Shown: positions 1-6,981 of the stretch, in pieces
Numbering within the stretch: position 1 is the stretch's first letter
Layout of the letters: every line of letters begins with the position of its first letter
Assembly: GCA_031409335.1 (NCBI GenBank)
Contig: JANNWY010000126.1
Location: 1-21,240, forward strand
Length of the DNA stretch: 21,240 bases
Source of the DNA: Chthoniobacteraceae bacterium
GTDB taxonomy: Bacteria > Verrucomicrobiota > Verrucomicrobiia > Chthoniobacterales > Chthoniobacteraceae
Reading direction: 5' to 3'
Translations under genes and position numbers: made by a program
The notes under the pieces: generated by a model
What the model was told of the DNA's origin: nothing
Seen by the model: only the letters and a program-made list of their open reading frames with translations
Databases searched by the model: none

Positions 1-1256
1 AGCGGGACGAAGCTTCGACCGTCGATTTCCGTATTGCTCGGTAAGCCGAACAGTTCAATGAGCGTAGGATAAAGGACGATCAAGTTCACCAGGCGGGGAC
101 AATCCTGCCGCGCCGTCATTCCCGGCACACGAATGGTCAACGGTAGGCGGGTGGACTCGGCCCAGAGCGTGGCTTTGCGGAGACGCAGTTTCTCGCCCAG
201 ATGCCAACCGTGATCTCCCCAGATGACGACAATCGTGTTGTCCCGGGCCGGACTTTTCTCCAGTGCATCAAGCACGCGCCCCACGCAATCGTCGGCATGG
301 CTGGAGGCGGCTAGATAGGCCTGCACCGCGCGCTTGAACAAGTTCGTATCCTGCTGCACCCAGTTGAAATCATCGCTGGGCTTGAATTTGGCTTTTCCCT
401 TGGCGTCCACGATATCGCCGAGGTCATCAAGGCGGAACTCCGGCAGCTTGATGCTTTCAAGCGGAAAACGATCGAAATACTCCTGCGGCACATACCAGGG
501 CAGATGCGGTTTGGAAATGCCCAGCGCGAGGAAGAAGGGTTTTGCCGATGGCTTGGCCAGTTGCGCCGCCGCCCATTCAGCCGCCTTCCAGTCTTTGGAT
601 TGTTCTTTTGGTCCCTTGGTTGGACCCCAGGCAAAGTCCACGCCTTCACCATCGCCACTATCATTGCCCGCGCTCTTCGACGGAGGGAACGGCGCGGGCT
701 TGCCGTCAATCAGGTTCCGTTTCCGGGAGGTCGTATGCTCTGGGTCAACTTGCGAACCGCTCCCGCCTTGCTTGGGGAACCATTCATCAAATGCCCAGGC
801 TACTTGGCCGCCGTGGAAAATCTTGCCCGTGGACAACGTCCGGCAGCCGTGCTTGGAAAAATACTCCGGCAGCGTGAAATGCGTCTGCACCAACTTGGCA
901 TCGAGCATATCCTGGCTGTTACCATAAACCCCGGTCCGGTTCGGCATGAAGCCCGACAGCAAAGCTGAGCGTGACGGACAGCAAACCGGCCCCGCGCAAT
1001 TGGCCTGCTGAAAAACCACCGACCCGCCCTGGGCAAACTTGTCCATCCGCGGCGTGGCTGACTGCGCCTGCGGTGCCCCACCAAAGGCCCCGACCCAGTC
1101 ATTCAAGTCATCAATGGCGATGAACAGCACGTTGTATTGTTTGCCCGGCGGTTCGCCGGGAGGTTCGGCAAAAAGATGGGCGGTAAAAAATATGGAGAGA
1201 ACGAGGCCCCATCTTTTACCACACATTTTTTTGCCGGGCATGAAGGTTGGTTTCAT
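1..1256 (-). CDS. Secreted formylglycine-dependent sulfatase (iduronate-2-sulfatase/choline-sulfatase-like), 3' end truncated by window edge
   Basis: Absent from the ORF track because it runs off the edge. Manual translation: MKPTFMPGKKMCGKRWGLVLSIFFTAHLFAEPPGEPPGKQYNVLFIAIDDLNDW...CCPSRSALLSG...GKIFH...KPHLPWYVP...GDHGWHLGEK...KATLW. It has the CxPxR signature and no stop through base 1. In-frame ATGs lie at 1277, 1256, 1241 and 1226, so the start is uncertain. Confidence 0.93.
   Translation of the reverse strand, partial: MKPTFMPGKKMCGKRWGLVLSIFFTAHLFAEPPGEPPGKQYNVLFIAIDDLNDWVGAFGGAPQAQSATPRMDKFAQGGSVVFQQANCAGPVCCPSRSALLSGFMPNRTGVYGNSQDMLDAKLVQTHFTLPEYFSKHGCRTLSTGKIFHGGQVAWAFDEWFPKQGGSGSQVDPEHTTSRKRNLIDGKPAPFPPSKSAGNDSGDGEGVDFAWGPTKGPKEQSKDWKAAEWAAAQLAKPSAKPFFLALGISKPHLPWYVPQEYFDRFPLESIKLPEFRLDDLGDIVDAKGKAKFKPSDDFNWVQQDTNLFKRAVQAYLAASSHADDCVGRVLDALEKSPARDNTIVVIWGDHGWHLGEKLRLRKATLWAESTRLPLTIRVPGMTARQDCPRLVNLIVLYPTLIELFGLPSNTEIDGRSFVP
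1166..1236. repeat. Palindromic element copy A (23-bp arms, 25-nt spacer), in frame in the sulfatase 5' end
   Basis: Left arm 1166-1188 is CGGCAAAAAGATGGGCGGTAAAA and right arm 1214-1236 is TTTTACCACACATTTTTTTGCCG (3 mismatches to a perfect inverted repeat). The left arm is identical to 3710-3732. Confidence 0.95.
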
Positions 1257-1289
1257 AGAGGATTGGGTCGTTTGCATTGGGTCAAGGAA

Positions 1290-3770
1290 TCAGCGGTTGA
1301 GGAAGAGTTCACTCGTAACCACGGCTTCAAGGAGTGACCGGAGGCCGTGTTTGTGCTTCGGCATTTCGGCGACGATCTTCTCCACGCTCGCTTCGTCGAG
1401 CGCACCGATGCGGCGACCGCAGGCGTAGGTGAGGAGGCGATCGGTGAGCATGTGGGCGAAGCGTTTCTGGCGCTCGACGAGGATCTTTTTCAGGCCGGAT
1501 ACGTCGGAAAACTTCTCGCCGCTGGGAAGCTCGCCGGCGGCGTCCACTTTGGTTTTACCAACGAGTGTCCGCCAGCCACCGATGGGGTCAAAGTTTTCCA
1601 ACGCGAAGCCGAGCGGATCAATCTTTTGATGGCAGCCGGCGCAGTTCGGCGATTCGCGATGCTTGCTGAGCAGCTCGCGCATGGACTTGGCTCCGCGCAC
1701 ATCGGGATCGATCGCCGGCACGTCATCGGGCGGCGGTGGTGGCGGAGTGCCGAGGATGTTTTCCAGCAGATATACGCCACGCACGACAGGCGAGGTCTCG
1801 ATGCCATTGGCGGTGATTGTGAGCACAGAGCCCATGCCTAGCAGTCCACCGCGCTTGTCGGTCTTGAAGCTGACTTTGCGGAACACATGCGCGTTGGCGG
1901 GATCGCCCAGCTCGCCGAGTTCGTAGTGCGTGGCGAGCGGCTGATTGAGGAGGCTGTAGTCGCAGTCGAGGAAGTTCACGATGCTGGCATCGCGCTCGAT
2001 GAGGTCGCGCATGAAAAGCCGTGTCTCCTGCTTGAAGGCGTGTTCGAGGCCCTTGGAATAGTAGGTTTCAAAGTCCTTCCGGTCCGGCGGCATGCCTCCG
2101 AGGCTGCGGAGGTTCAGCCAACTGTCGAGGAAGCCCGACACGAAGGCATCGGAGCGCGGGCTGGCCAACATGCGGCGCGTCTGGGCGGCGAGCACGTCGG
2201 GCTTGGTGAGTTCCTGGTTTTGTGCGAGCCGGAGCAGTTCCGCATCCGGCATGGAGGACCAGAGGAAATAGGAGAGCCGCGAGGCGAGAGCGTGGCTGTC
2301 GAGCTTGGGTCGGGCCTTCGAGTCCGCTTTCGCGGCGACGGTGTCTTGAGCGAGATAAATAAATGCCGGCGAGCAGAGCGCGGCTTTGAGTGCGTCCTTT
2401 AGACCTTCTTGCGGCGAACGTCCTGTGCTGATGCGTTTCTCCGCCACTGCCACGAGGCGATCCACTTCGTCTTTGGTGGATGGGCGGCGGTAGGCGCGAT
2501 CCGCAAAGGATTGGAGAACGCCGCGCATTCTTTCCGGCCTGAAGGGGGTTTTTCCGATCACGGCCTGCAGGCTCGATGGAGGCCATTGCTCGATGATGGG
2601 TCCGCGAATCTTCACCTCGTGAATTCGGATGTGCGGAATTTTTCCGATCATCACCGCAACATCGCGCGCGTCGCCGATGTCGAGGCGGTCTTTGCCTTTG
2701 TGTCGCCCCTTCGGCCATTTGTCTTTGTGATATTCCGAAATCCGGTGCCAAGATTTGCGGGCATCCTTGGGGCCGTTTGGGAAAACGAATCGAACGGTCT
2801 TCCCGGCATCGAGCCATACTTTCATTTTGTGCCAGACCGGCTCGCCATCGCTCATGGCCTGCTCTGCGAGCAAGGGCTGGAGCGGCTGGGGGAGTTCGAG
2901 CGGACCTGCATTCACGTCCCCGGGCACGACACCGAGCCGGAAAGGCTCGCGGGCGTCGGTGCCAAAAATCTCCGGGTCGTAGGGATGATTCCGGTTCATC
3001 GCGTGAGCGAGCACCTGCACTTCGTAAAAGCCGTCGGCAGGCGCTCCATCCTTGAAGCCGTCGATGAAACCGTAGCCTCCGACGTGCTTCTCCGAGTCCA
3101 TGCACTCGTAAATATTCAGGTGGCGGTTGTCGTATTCCTTTGCCGCCTTCAGGGACTTCTTCGTCGTCTGAAAGTTGTCTTTGAAATGCCACTCGCGCGC
3201 GGCAACCGGCTGCTGGAGTGCGAACACCTTTTCGACAACGGTGTCCGCAGCCTCGAGGTATTGTTCGAGCAAATAGCCGGAGGTTTGAAGCACATCGCCG
3301 AGATTCTCCATGTGTTCTTCGGATTGATCGCGGGGGAACTTCGTCGTGGGATCAAAAGCCGCCATGTTCAGCCCGAAGAGATCCCCGATGGTGTTGATGT
3401 ATTCGAGGCGGTTCAGGCGGCGCAAGACGGTGCTACCACCGGTGCTGGCAAGAGCCTCACGACCATCGGTGAGCGCCAGAGTCGCCTGCTCGATGAAAGC
3501 TCTCTGTTCCGCCGCCGAAGCTTGCTTGGCCTTCTTCGGCGGCATCTCGCCAAGGTGGATTTGATCCAGGATGTCTTTGAGATCGATCAGCGTGTCCAAC
3601 TTGGCGACCGGAAGCGCAAGCCCGTCAAAGCGCCGGTCGCCCTTCTGCTTTTCCGCGCCGTGGCAGTCGTTGCAGTAAGTCGTGAGGAAGCGCTGGATCT
3701 CGGAGGGGCCGGCAAAAAGATGGGCGGTAAAAGATAAGAAAAAAAGGAGTCCCCATTTTTTACCGCACAT
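1290..3770 (-). CDS. DUF1592-family planctomycete-type cytochrome c protein (PSCyt1, DUF1587, DUF1595, DUF1592, DUF1588, DUF1585 architecture)
   Basis: Two CxxCH motifs (YCNDCHG, CAGCHQKIDPLGFALENFD), plus RRLNRLEYINTI, LASRLSYFLWSSMPD and TSPVVRGVYLLENILGTPPPPPP. Start moved from 4073 to ATG 3770 (MCGKKWGLLFFLSFTAHLFA, signal-peptide-like) to avoid overlap with the GxxExxY gene; ~826 aa. Confidence 0.92.
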   Translation of the reverse strand: MCGKKWGLLFFLSFTAHLFAGPSEIQRFLTTYCNDCHGAEKQKGDRRFDGLALPVAKLDTLIDLKDILDQIHLGEMPPKKAKQASAAEQRAFIEQATLALTDGREALASTGGSTVLRRLNRLEYINTIGDLFGLNMAAFDPTTKFPRDQSEEHMENLGDVLQTSGYLLEQYLEAADTVVEKVFALQQPVAAREWHFKDNFQTTKKSLKAAKEYDNRHLNIYECMDSEKHVGGYGFIDGFKDGAPADGFYEVQVLAHAMNRNHPYDPEIFGTDAREPFRLGVVPGDVNAGPLELPQPLQPLLAEQAMSDGEPVWHKMKVWLDAGKTVRFVFPNGPKDARKSWHRISEYHKDKWPKGRHKGKDRLDIGDARDVAVMIGKIPHIRIHEVKIRGPIIEQWPPSSLQAVIGKTPFRPERMRGVLQSFADRAYRRPSTKDEVDRLVAVAEKRISTGRSPQEGLKDALKAALCSPAFIYLAQDTVAAKADSKARPKLDSHALASRLSYFLWSSMPDAELLRLAQNQELTKPDVLAAQTRRMLASPRSDAFVSGFLDSWLNLRSLGGMPPDRKDFETYYSKGLEHAFKQETRLFMRDLIERDASIVNFLDCDYSLLNQPLATHYELGELGDPANAHVFRKVSFKTDKRGGLLGMGSVLTITANGIETSPVVRGVYLLENILGTPPPPPPDDVPAIDPDVRGAKSMRELLSKHRESPNCAGCHQKIDPLGFALENFDPIGGWRTLVGKTKVDAAGELPSGEKFSDVSGLKKILVERQKRFAHMLTDRLLTYACGRRIGALDEASVEKIVAEMPKHKHGLRSLLEAVVTSELFLNR

Positions 3771-3782
3771 CTTTTTGCCGGC
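3708..3782. repeat. Palindromic element copy B (25-bp arms, 25-nt spacer); contains the proposed DUF1592 start codon and signal peptide
   Basis: 3708-3732 is GCCGGCAAAAAGATGGGCGGTAAAA and 3758-3782 is TTTTACCGCACATCTTTTTGCCGGC (1 mismatch). Confidence 0.97.
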
Positions 3783-3789
3783 TAAAAGG

Positions 3790-4575
3790 TCAGCGGATAG
3801 TCGTGAACGTGACATGCTTATGGGTGATGTTGGCCCAGTGAATGACATTGAGTGAAGTGTGCTGAAGGAGGCGGCGAGCATGCACCTCGAAAGCCTCGAT
3901 CCCGTCAGGGAAGACGGTGAGCTTAAAGGCGACATCCGGGGCCAACAAACGCAGCTTTTGCTCGTGAAGTTGTCCTTTGGCTCCCATGACAGGCACCGGC
4001 TGTAGAACCCGCTCTTCGCCACCAAGGAAATGGGTGAGTCCCTCCTCATAAAGCCCCGTCTCAAGGCCAGCACCCCAGTCTTGGATCATGCTGATCAGGT
4101 GGTCATGGAAGATAGATGCCCCAGCAACGGCGGAGTCGAAACTGGAAGTGTCCACGGAAGGATTTCGGAGGGCGTCCAGCCGCAGATGGCAATTCACGAA
4201 CTCATCGCCGACTCGCTCGGGCCGGACGTTGATGATTATTCCGTGCGGCAGATCAAAGAGGAGCAGGTAGTTGATGGTCTGGCCACGATGGCGGGGAACA
4301 ATGCTCTCCGCAGCCTTGAATTCGAAAATGCCTCGTTTGTGCGCCAAGACGTCGAGCTTGGAGAGCTTCGAGAAGGATCCGTGGGAGACGGTCACGGGGA
4401 GTTCCAGCTCCACGCCGGGCATCCTGTCGGCGAGTTCGCGTTTATAGACGGCTTCATCAAAGAAACGGCCGAACTCGTTGTGGATGTCATACACGCACTT
4501 CATCACGTCATAGGCGATCTGGCCGAACTCGGACTGAGTCGGGCGGACCGTTTCGGTGATGCGATGGAATGGCAT
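3790..4575 (-). CDS. GxxExxY family protein (PD-(D/E)XK nuclease-like), double-length with two tandem domains
   Basis: 261 aa. The N-domain has IHNEFGRFFDEAVYKREL, LDVL....IFEFKA (D...ExK) and QTINYL...GIIINV, the usual GxxExxY/PDDEXK_3 pattern. The second half repeats it degenerately (DWGAGLETGLYEEGL). Confidence 0.85.
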   Translation of the reverse strand: MPFHRITETVRPTQSEFGQIAYDVMKCVYDIHNEFGRFFDEAVYKRELADRMPGVELELPVTVSHGSFSKLSKLDVLAHKRGIFEFKAAESIVPRHRGQTINYLLLFDLPHGIIINVRPERVGDEFVNCHLRLDALRNPSVDTSSFDSAVAGASIFHDHLISMIQDWGAGLETGLYEEGLTHFLGGEERVLQPVPVMGAKGQLHEQKLRLLAPDVAFKLTVFPDGIEAFEVHARRLLQHTSLNVIHWANITHKHVTFTTIR

Positions 4576-4587
4576 GGATGGGTTTTA

Positions 4588-4658
4588 GCCGGCAAAAAGA
4601 TGGGCGTTAAAAAATAAATTCAGGGCTTTCAATTTTTACCGCTCTTCTTTTTGCCGGC
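4588..4658. repeat. Palindromic element copy C (26-bp arms), intergenic, non-coding
   Basis: 4588-4613 is GCCGGCAAAAAGATGGGCGTTAAAAA and 4633-4658 is TTTTTACCGCTCTTCTTTTTGCCGGC (3 mismatches). Confidence 0.95.
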
Positions 4659-4670
4659 CTCGTTCACGGT

Positions 4671-5987
4671 TTACGCGAGACCGGTGAGCGTGCCGGTGCT
4701 GGTGCCAAATGTTTTCACCTCCGCGCCGAAGCGATGGAGCATCGACAAATAGAGGTTGCACAACGGCTGACGCCCGAGGCCGCTCGTAGGATACGCCTTG
4801 TGCTCGCCGTGTTTGAAGCCGCCACCAGCAAGGACCAGTGGCAGGTTGCTGTTCGTGTGCGAATTGGCGTTGCCCATGCCGCTGCCGAAAAGGACCATCG
4901 AATGATCGAGCAGCGTGCCCGCGCCGTCCTCGATGGACTTGAGCTTGGCCAAGAAGCGCGCGAACTGCTCCACCTGATAGCGCTCCATCTTGACCAGGGC
5001 TTTGATGGCTTCCTCGCGCATGCCGTGATGCGAAAGCGCATGATAGCTGGACTTCAAATCGAAAGCCGAAGCCTCGAAGTCGCCGCCAATCTCGAACGTG
5101 GCGATGCGGGTGGAATCTGTCTGCAACGCGAGCGCGATGAGGTCATACATCACGGGCAAATCGGAGACAAAATCCTTGTTCTCCGGCTCCGCAATTTTCG
5201 GGTCGGGCTTCGGAACGTGCGCCCATTGGCGGCGCAGCTCGATCTGCTTCTCCACGTCGCGGACAGAGGTGAAATACTCCTCCAGCTTTTCCTTGTCCCG
5301 CTGACCCAGATGGCGCTCTAGCGATTTTGCATCGCCCTGCAACGCGTCGAGAATCGAGCCTTTTAGATCGAGCCGATCCAGCGACGCCCCGATGTCTGCG
5401 GCACCATCGGTAACGAACAGTTTCCGGAACAACTCACGCGGTGTGCTGATCGGCGGCACTCGCGTGCCGCTGCGTGTCCACGACATGAGGCAGCCGCCAT
5501 GGATGCCACTCTCGGATCCCAGGGCGAGCGAGGGAAACCTCGTGGCACCACCCATCGTTTCCGCGGCCCGTTGGTCCACGGTGATGTTGCCCTCGGGCAT
5601 GCCCTTGGCATCGGCGGTGCGCACGCCGCTGAGGAAGGAACTCATCGCAAAGTGCCCGCCCTTCACGCCATGATCGAGGCCGGAGAAGAGCGTGAAGTCT
5701 TTCTGGTGCGGCTTCAGCGCTTCGACGGAAGACGGCAGCACGTAATCCGTCCCCGTTTTCGTCGGGAAAAACGACTGCGGAACGAAACCAAGCAAGTTTC
5801 CGATGCACACCATCCGCTGCGGACGATCAGCGCCCGCCACCTTGCCGGGCAGCGACGCGATGGCAGAGTTTTGCGCGAAGACCCTGCCGCCCAAGGATTC
5901 CAGCAACGGCAACGCAAGGCTCACGCCTGCGGCTCGCAGGAAAACGCGCCGGTTTAGTAATAGAGGAGAAGGATTGGTGTGATTCAT
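4671..5987 (-). CDS. DUF1552 (HXXSHH) domain protein with Tat-like N-terminus
   Basis: NRRVFLRAAGVSLALPLLESL, TRFPSLALG, LALQTDSTRIATF, YHALSHH, TLLDHSMVLFGSGMGNANSH and PLCNLYLSML. Start placed at ATG 5987 (MNHTN) because 6098 overlaps the upstream gene; ~438 aa. Confidence 0.93.
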   Translation of the reverse strand: MNHTNPSPLLLNRRVFLRAAGVSLALPLLESLGGRVFAQNSAIASLPGKVAGADRPQRMVCIGNLLGFVPQSFFPTKTGTDYVLPSSVEALKPHQKDFTLFSGLDHGVKGGHFAMSSFLSGVRTADAKGMPEGNITVDQRAAETMGGATRFPSLALGSESGIHGGCLMSWTRSGTRVPPISTPRELFRKLFVTDGAADIGASLDRLDLKGSILDALQGDAKSLERHLGQRDKEKLEEYFTSVRDVEKQIELRRQWAHVPKPDPKIAEPENKDFVSDLPVMYDLIALALQTDSTRIATFEIGGDFEASAFDLKSSYHALSHHGMREEAIKALVKMERYQVEQFARFLAKLKSIEDGAGTLLDHSMVLFGSGMGNANSHTNSNLPLVLAGGGFKHGEHKAYPTSGLGRQPLCNLYLSMLHRFGAEVKTFGTSTGTLTGLA

Positions 5988-6018
5988 AGAATGCTGGTTT
6001 GGCTCAAAGACGGGGAAC

Positions 6019-6981
6019 TCACGGCTGCGGTGCTTCCGACGTGAGCACCGACACACGGACATCATCCAGATAGTGCGCCGAAGCCTGTGCCGCCGCATCG
6101 TCCACAGGTCCGGCGCCGAGCACGAACACCAGCGTCTTAGCGCCGCGCGGCAGCGGCATTTTCACCGAGAAGGTGTGCCATCCGCGTTCCCCGGGAGATG
6201 TCTCAAACGTCTGCTTCACGGACACCACGCCATCCTCTTCGGTTTTTGGCCAAAAACCTTTCGTCGCCTGCTCAGGCGTTTCATTGAGCGCGAAGGCGCG
6301 GATCAGGTAGCGCGATAACGCATCGCTGTTAGCCGTGAAAAACGAAGCCGTCACCTGCACCTCTGCATCGTCGGCCACAGACATCGGCTGCGAGCGAAGG
6401 TCCAGCACCTGATACACACGCGACATTCGGTTCCTCACTTTCTTCTCCAGAGGGATCGGCTCCAGTCGCAGCATTTGCCTTCCTTCCGGCGGCTTCACTC
6501 CGTTTTCCGTCATCACCACGATGGCGGAATCCGCACCCCACTGTCCGGCCACCCTCGGCAATCCTTTGTCCACAAATGTCTCAGCAGTCTCCAGCCCCGG
6601 GGAGTAAACAACCAGCGGCGTCTTCTTTTCAACGCGGCGCTGCGCTGCGAATCCAAACACCAGCGACGTGCAAAACATCCCGAGAACAATCCCCGCCGCA
6701 GCGGAAATGAGCGGACGCCATGTGAACCACCGTGGCAAGCGGACCACATTTTCCGCCGCCGCCGACGTCGCCGGATCCAGCAGCGACGCAATGCTGTCGT
6801 CCCGTAGTCGGCTGATCAGCGCCTGCTCATCCACCAACAGCCGCGCCATCGCAACACGGGCATCAGGATCGGCGCGCAGCAACTCATTGAGCGCGGCACG
6901 CGCCGAGCCGTCGTGCGTGTCCCGTATGGCTTGAAGCAAGGTGAGCAGCCGGTGATCGAGGGATGAAGAGTCGGAGTTCAT
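6019..6981 (-). CDS. Probable membrane-anchored anti-sigma factor
   Basis: ATGA overlap with the ECF sigma stop. Helical N-terminus (LNELLRADPDARVAMARLL), one hydrophobic segment (LISAAAGIVLGMFCTSLVFGFAA) and a beta-rich C-terminal domain. Confidence 0.75.
   Translation of the reverse strand: MNSDSSSLDHRLLTLLQAIRDTHDGSARAALNELLRADPDARVAMARLLVDEQALISRLRDDSIASLLDPATSAAAENVVRLPRWFTWRPLISAAAGIVLGMFCTSLVFGFAAQRRVEKKTPLVVYSPGLETAETFVDKGLPRVAGQWGADSAIVVMTENGVKPPEGRQMLRLEPIPLEKKVRNRMSRVYQVLDLRSQPMSVADDAEVQVTASFFTANSDALSRYLIRAFALNETPEQATKGFWPKTEEDGVVSVKQTFETSPGERGWHTFSVKMPLPRGAKTLVFVLGAGPVDDAAAQASAHYLDDVRVSVLTSEAPQP

Larger units (their letters stand above)
3708..4658. mobile_element. Putative GxxExxY cassette bounded by palindromic elements, lying between DUF1552 and DUF1592
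   Basis: The gene is enclosed by 33-bp inverted repeats at 3755-3787 and 4583-4615 (31/33 identical), 2 bp from the stop and 7 bp from the start. Each repeat is itself the inner arm of a hairpin. Mobility is inferred only, and no target-site duplication was seen. Confidence 0.55.

Noticed and set aside
1144..1167. Small hairpin CCCGGCG-GTT-CGCCGGG and EPPG-EPPG tandem beside copy A
   Set aside because: Only a 7-bp GC-only stem in GC-rich DNA, with no counterpart beside copies B or C. It cannot be distinguished from chance.
3739..3745. A7/T7 homopolymers in the repeat-encoded signal peptides (also 1226-1232) as phase-variation tracts
   Set aside because: The tracts are short, both genes are in frame, and there is no evidence of length variation.
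3771..4073. 101-codon N-terminal extension of the DUF1592 ORF (927 aa in the track) overlapping the GxxExxY gene
   Set aside because: Ser/Arg-rich alternate-frame sequence with no domain features. The GxxExxY frame explains the region, and a signal-peptide start exists at 3770.
1166..4658. Reading the three hairpins as Rho-independent terminators or as a CRISPR array
   Set aside because: No U-tract follows the stems on the coding strand and two lie inside 5' coding regions. The arms are inverted pairs at irregular kb-scale spacing, with no repeat-spacer array and no cas genes.
3695..4670. Classical IS element with target-site duplication
   Set aside because: No DDE, HUH or serine/tyrosine recombinase motifs in the enclosed ORF, and no direct repeat found outside either the inner or outer arms.
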